DNA of 64,000 nucleotides from an uncultured Actinomycetes bacterium (GTDB lineage Bacteria; Actinomycetota; Acidimicrobiia; IMCC26256; BP-133): NCBI GenBank assembly GCA_963789165.1, contig CAWBJP010000003.1, positions 518,625 to 582,624 of the forward strand, read 5' to 3'. Shown piece by piece: positions 63,172 to 64,000 of this stretch (position 1 is its first letter; each line of letters starts with the position of its first letter). The notes under the pieces were generated by a model. It saw only the letters and a program-made list of their open reading frames with translations, ran no database searches and was not told where the DNA came from. The position numbers and the translations under genes were made by a program.

Positions 63172-64000
63172 TCAGCGAGTGCGCTCCTTCGACTGAGGGA
63201 CACCCCGGGCCCCGGGGTGGGACATAGGTTCGAACACGATCTTGACCGCCCCCCGGGACCCGGCCGTGGCCGCGTGCTCGATGGCCTCCCGGTAGCGCTC
63301 CAGGGGGTAGCGGGCCGACACCAGCCGGCCCAACTGGGAGCCGTGCACCAGGTCGAAGGCGAGCTCGAAGGTCCGGACCCGCCGGACTCCGAGATCCTCC
63401 GTGCCGTAAGCGTAGGCGCCCACCAGCTCGATCTCCCGCTGCCACAGCGGGGTCAGGTCGATACGCTCCGGCCCGGGCATGCCCAGCAGGGTGATGCGCC
63501 CTCCGGGACGGACGATGGCCAGCGCCTCGGCCAGGCTGGCGCCGCTGCCCACGCAGTCGACCACGACGTCGGCGCCACCCGTCAGGCGGCCCCCCACCGT
63601 CAGGCTCCGGGTGGCCCGGCGCACGGCCCGGCGCACCTCGCCCGGCTCCACGGCCACGTCCGCGCCCAGCCGGGACGCCTCGGTGCGCTGATCGGCGTGC
63701 TTGGCTCCCACCACCACGGTGCCGGGCTGGGCGTAGCGGCGCAGGGCGGCGACGGTGCACAACCCGACCGTGCCCGCCCCGAGCACCACCACCAGCCCCC
63801 CGTCGGGAACCGCAGCCCGCAGGGCGCCGTGGATGGCGCAGGCGGCCGGCTCCACCATGACCGCCTCGGCGTCGGACAGGACCTCGGGCACCCGGTGAAG
63901 TTGGCTGTCGTGGGCCACCAGGGCGGTGGACCACCCGCCGCCGGTGTCGGCGCAGTACCCCGTCTGCAGCCCGGGCCGGAGGTGGCCGAGGGTGATATGG
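63172..64000 (-). CDS. Zinc-dependent medium-chain alcohol/polyol dehydrogenase; the 5' end lies outside the window
   Basis: The frame is open to the window edge. ...AVMVEPAACAIHG...VVVLGAGTVGLCTVAAL (Rossmann GxGxxG)... Confidence 0.8.
   Translation of the reverse strand, partial: HITLGHLRPGLQTGYCADTGGGWSTALVAHDSQLHRVPEVLSDAEAVMVEPAACAIHGALRAAVPDGGLVVVLGAGTVGLCTVAALRRYAQPGTVVVGAKHADQRTEASRLGADVAVEPGEVRRAVRRATRSLTVGGRLTGGADVVVDCVGSGASLAEALAIVRPGGRITLLGMPGPERIDLTPLWQREIELVGAYAYGTEDLGVRRVRTFELAFDLVHGSQLGRLVSARYPLERYREAIEHAATAGSRGAVKIVFEPMSHPGARGVPQSKERTR

Noticed and set aside
61217-63196. 659-aa plus-strand ORF opposite the LarA-like gene; also the N-terminal 250 aa of minus ORF 61589..63934
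   Set aside because: The LarA-like sequence begins at ATG 63171. Upstream of that, the same frame runs through the ADH gene in a different frame and reads as Arg/Gly/Pro noise.
1-64000. CRISPR arrays, rRNA genes, retron-like or DGR-like repeats
   Set aside because: Reading the intergenic regions showed no short regularly spaced direct repeats, no rRNA-like segments and no template/variable repeat pairs.

Overview
This is a 64-kb, high-GC chromosomal window of actinobacterial type. Hand-counted 60-nt lines give about 75% GC in core genes. Supporting markers are an F420/LLM oxidoreductase, a mycothiol-type DinB/MDMPI protein, LPXTG proteins and a KasA/AccD6/InhA-like fatty-acid operon.

Layout:
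- (a) 1-12.3 kb: a repeat protein, a STAS protein plus two GAF-ANTAR regulators, decayed surface-protein fragments, an LLM oxidoreductase, a roughly 1200-aa SARP-cyclase-STAND-TPR regulator, a bicupin LPXTG protein, and a signal-less S8 peptidase with a small paralogue of its N-terminal domain.
- (b) 12.6-26.4 kb: the stand-out region. Nine co-directional, tightly packed genes encode three TIR-domain proteins, a SLOG-like protein, an 1831-aa CHAT protease carrying two lipase-like alpha/beta-hydrolase modules, an NTF2-like protein, a caspase-family (C14) protease, and an NB-ARC + TPR STAND NTPase split over two reading frames with a DUF1795-like tail. I do not recognise this combination as any named defence system. 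I rate it the best candidate for an undescribed multi-effector immune/conflict system.
- (c) 26.4-38.5 kb: a 12-kb integrative island inserted in tRNA-Val(CAC), bounded by 50-bp direct repeats. It carries an integrase, Xis, HicAB, a frameshifted IS110-family element inserted into one unit of a tandem 193-bp repeat, a LuxR/AAA regulator, a TAT partner plus GMC oxidoreductase, and a TAT protein with an in-frame stop.
- (d) 38.5-64 kb: mostly housekeeping. It holds cspA, aceE, cell-wall hydrolases, a low-GC LAGLIDADG-like gene beside tRNA-Leu(CAA), a MerR regulator, the fabD-(lysine-less biotinyl-like ORF)-fabH-fabG-acpP-fabF-accD-fabI operon, a large repeat/PD40 secreted protein, an RTX-like protein, bcp, an MFS transporter, a PlsC-like acyltransferase, a LarA-like protein and a Zn-ADH.

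I saw no rRNA genes and no CRISPR array. All domain calls come from motif recognition in the supplied translations, not from database searches.
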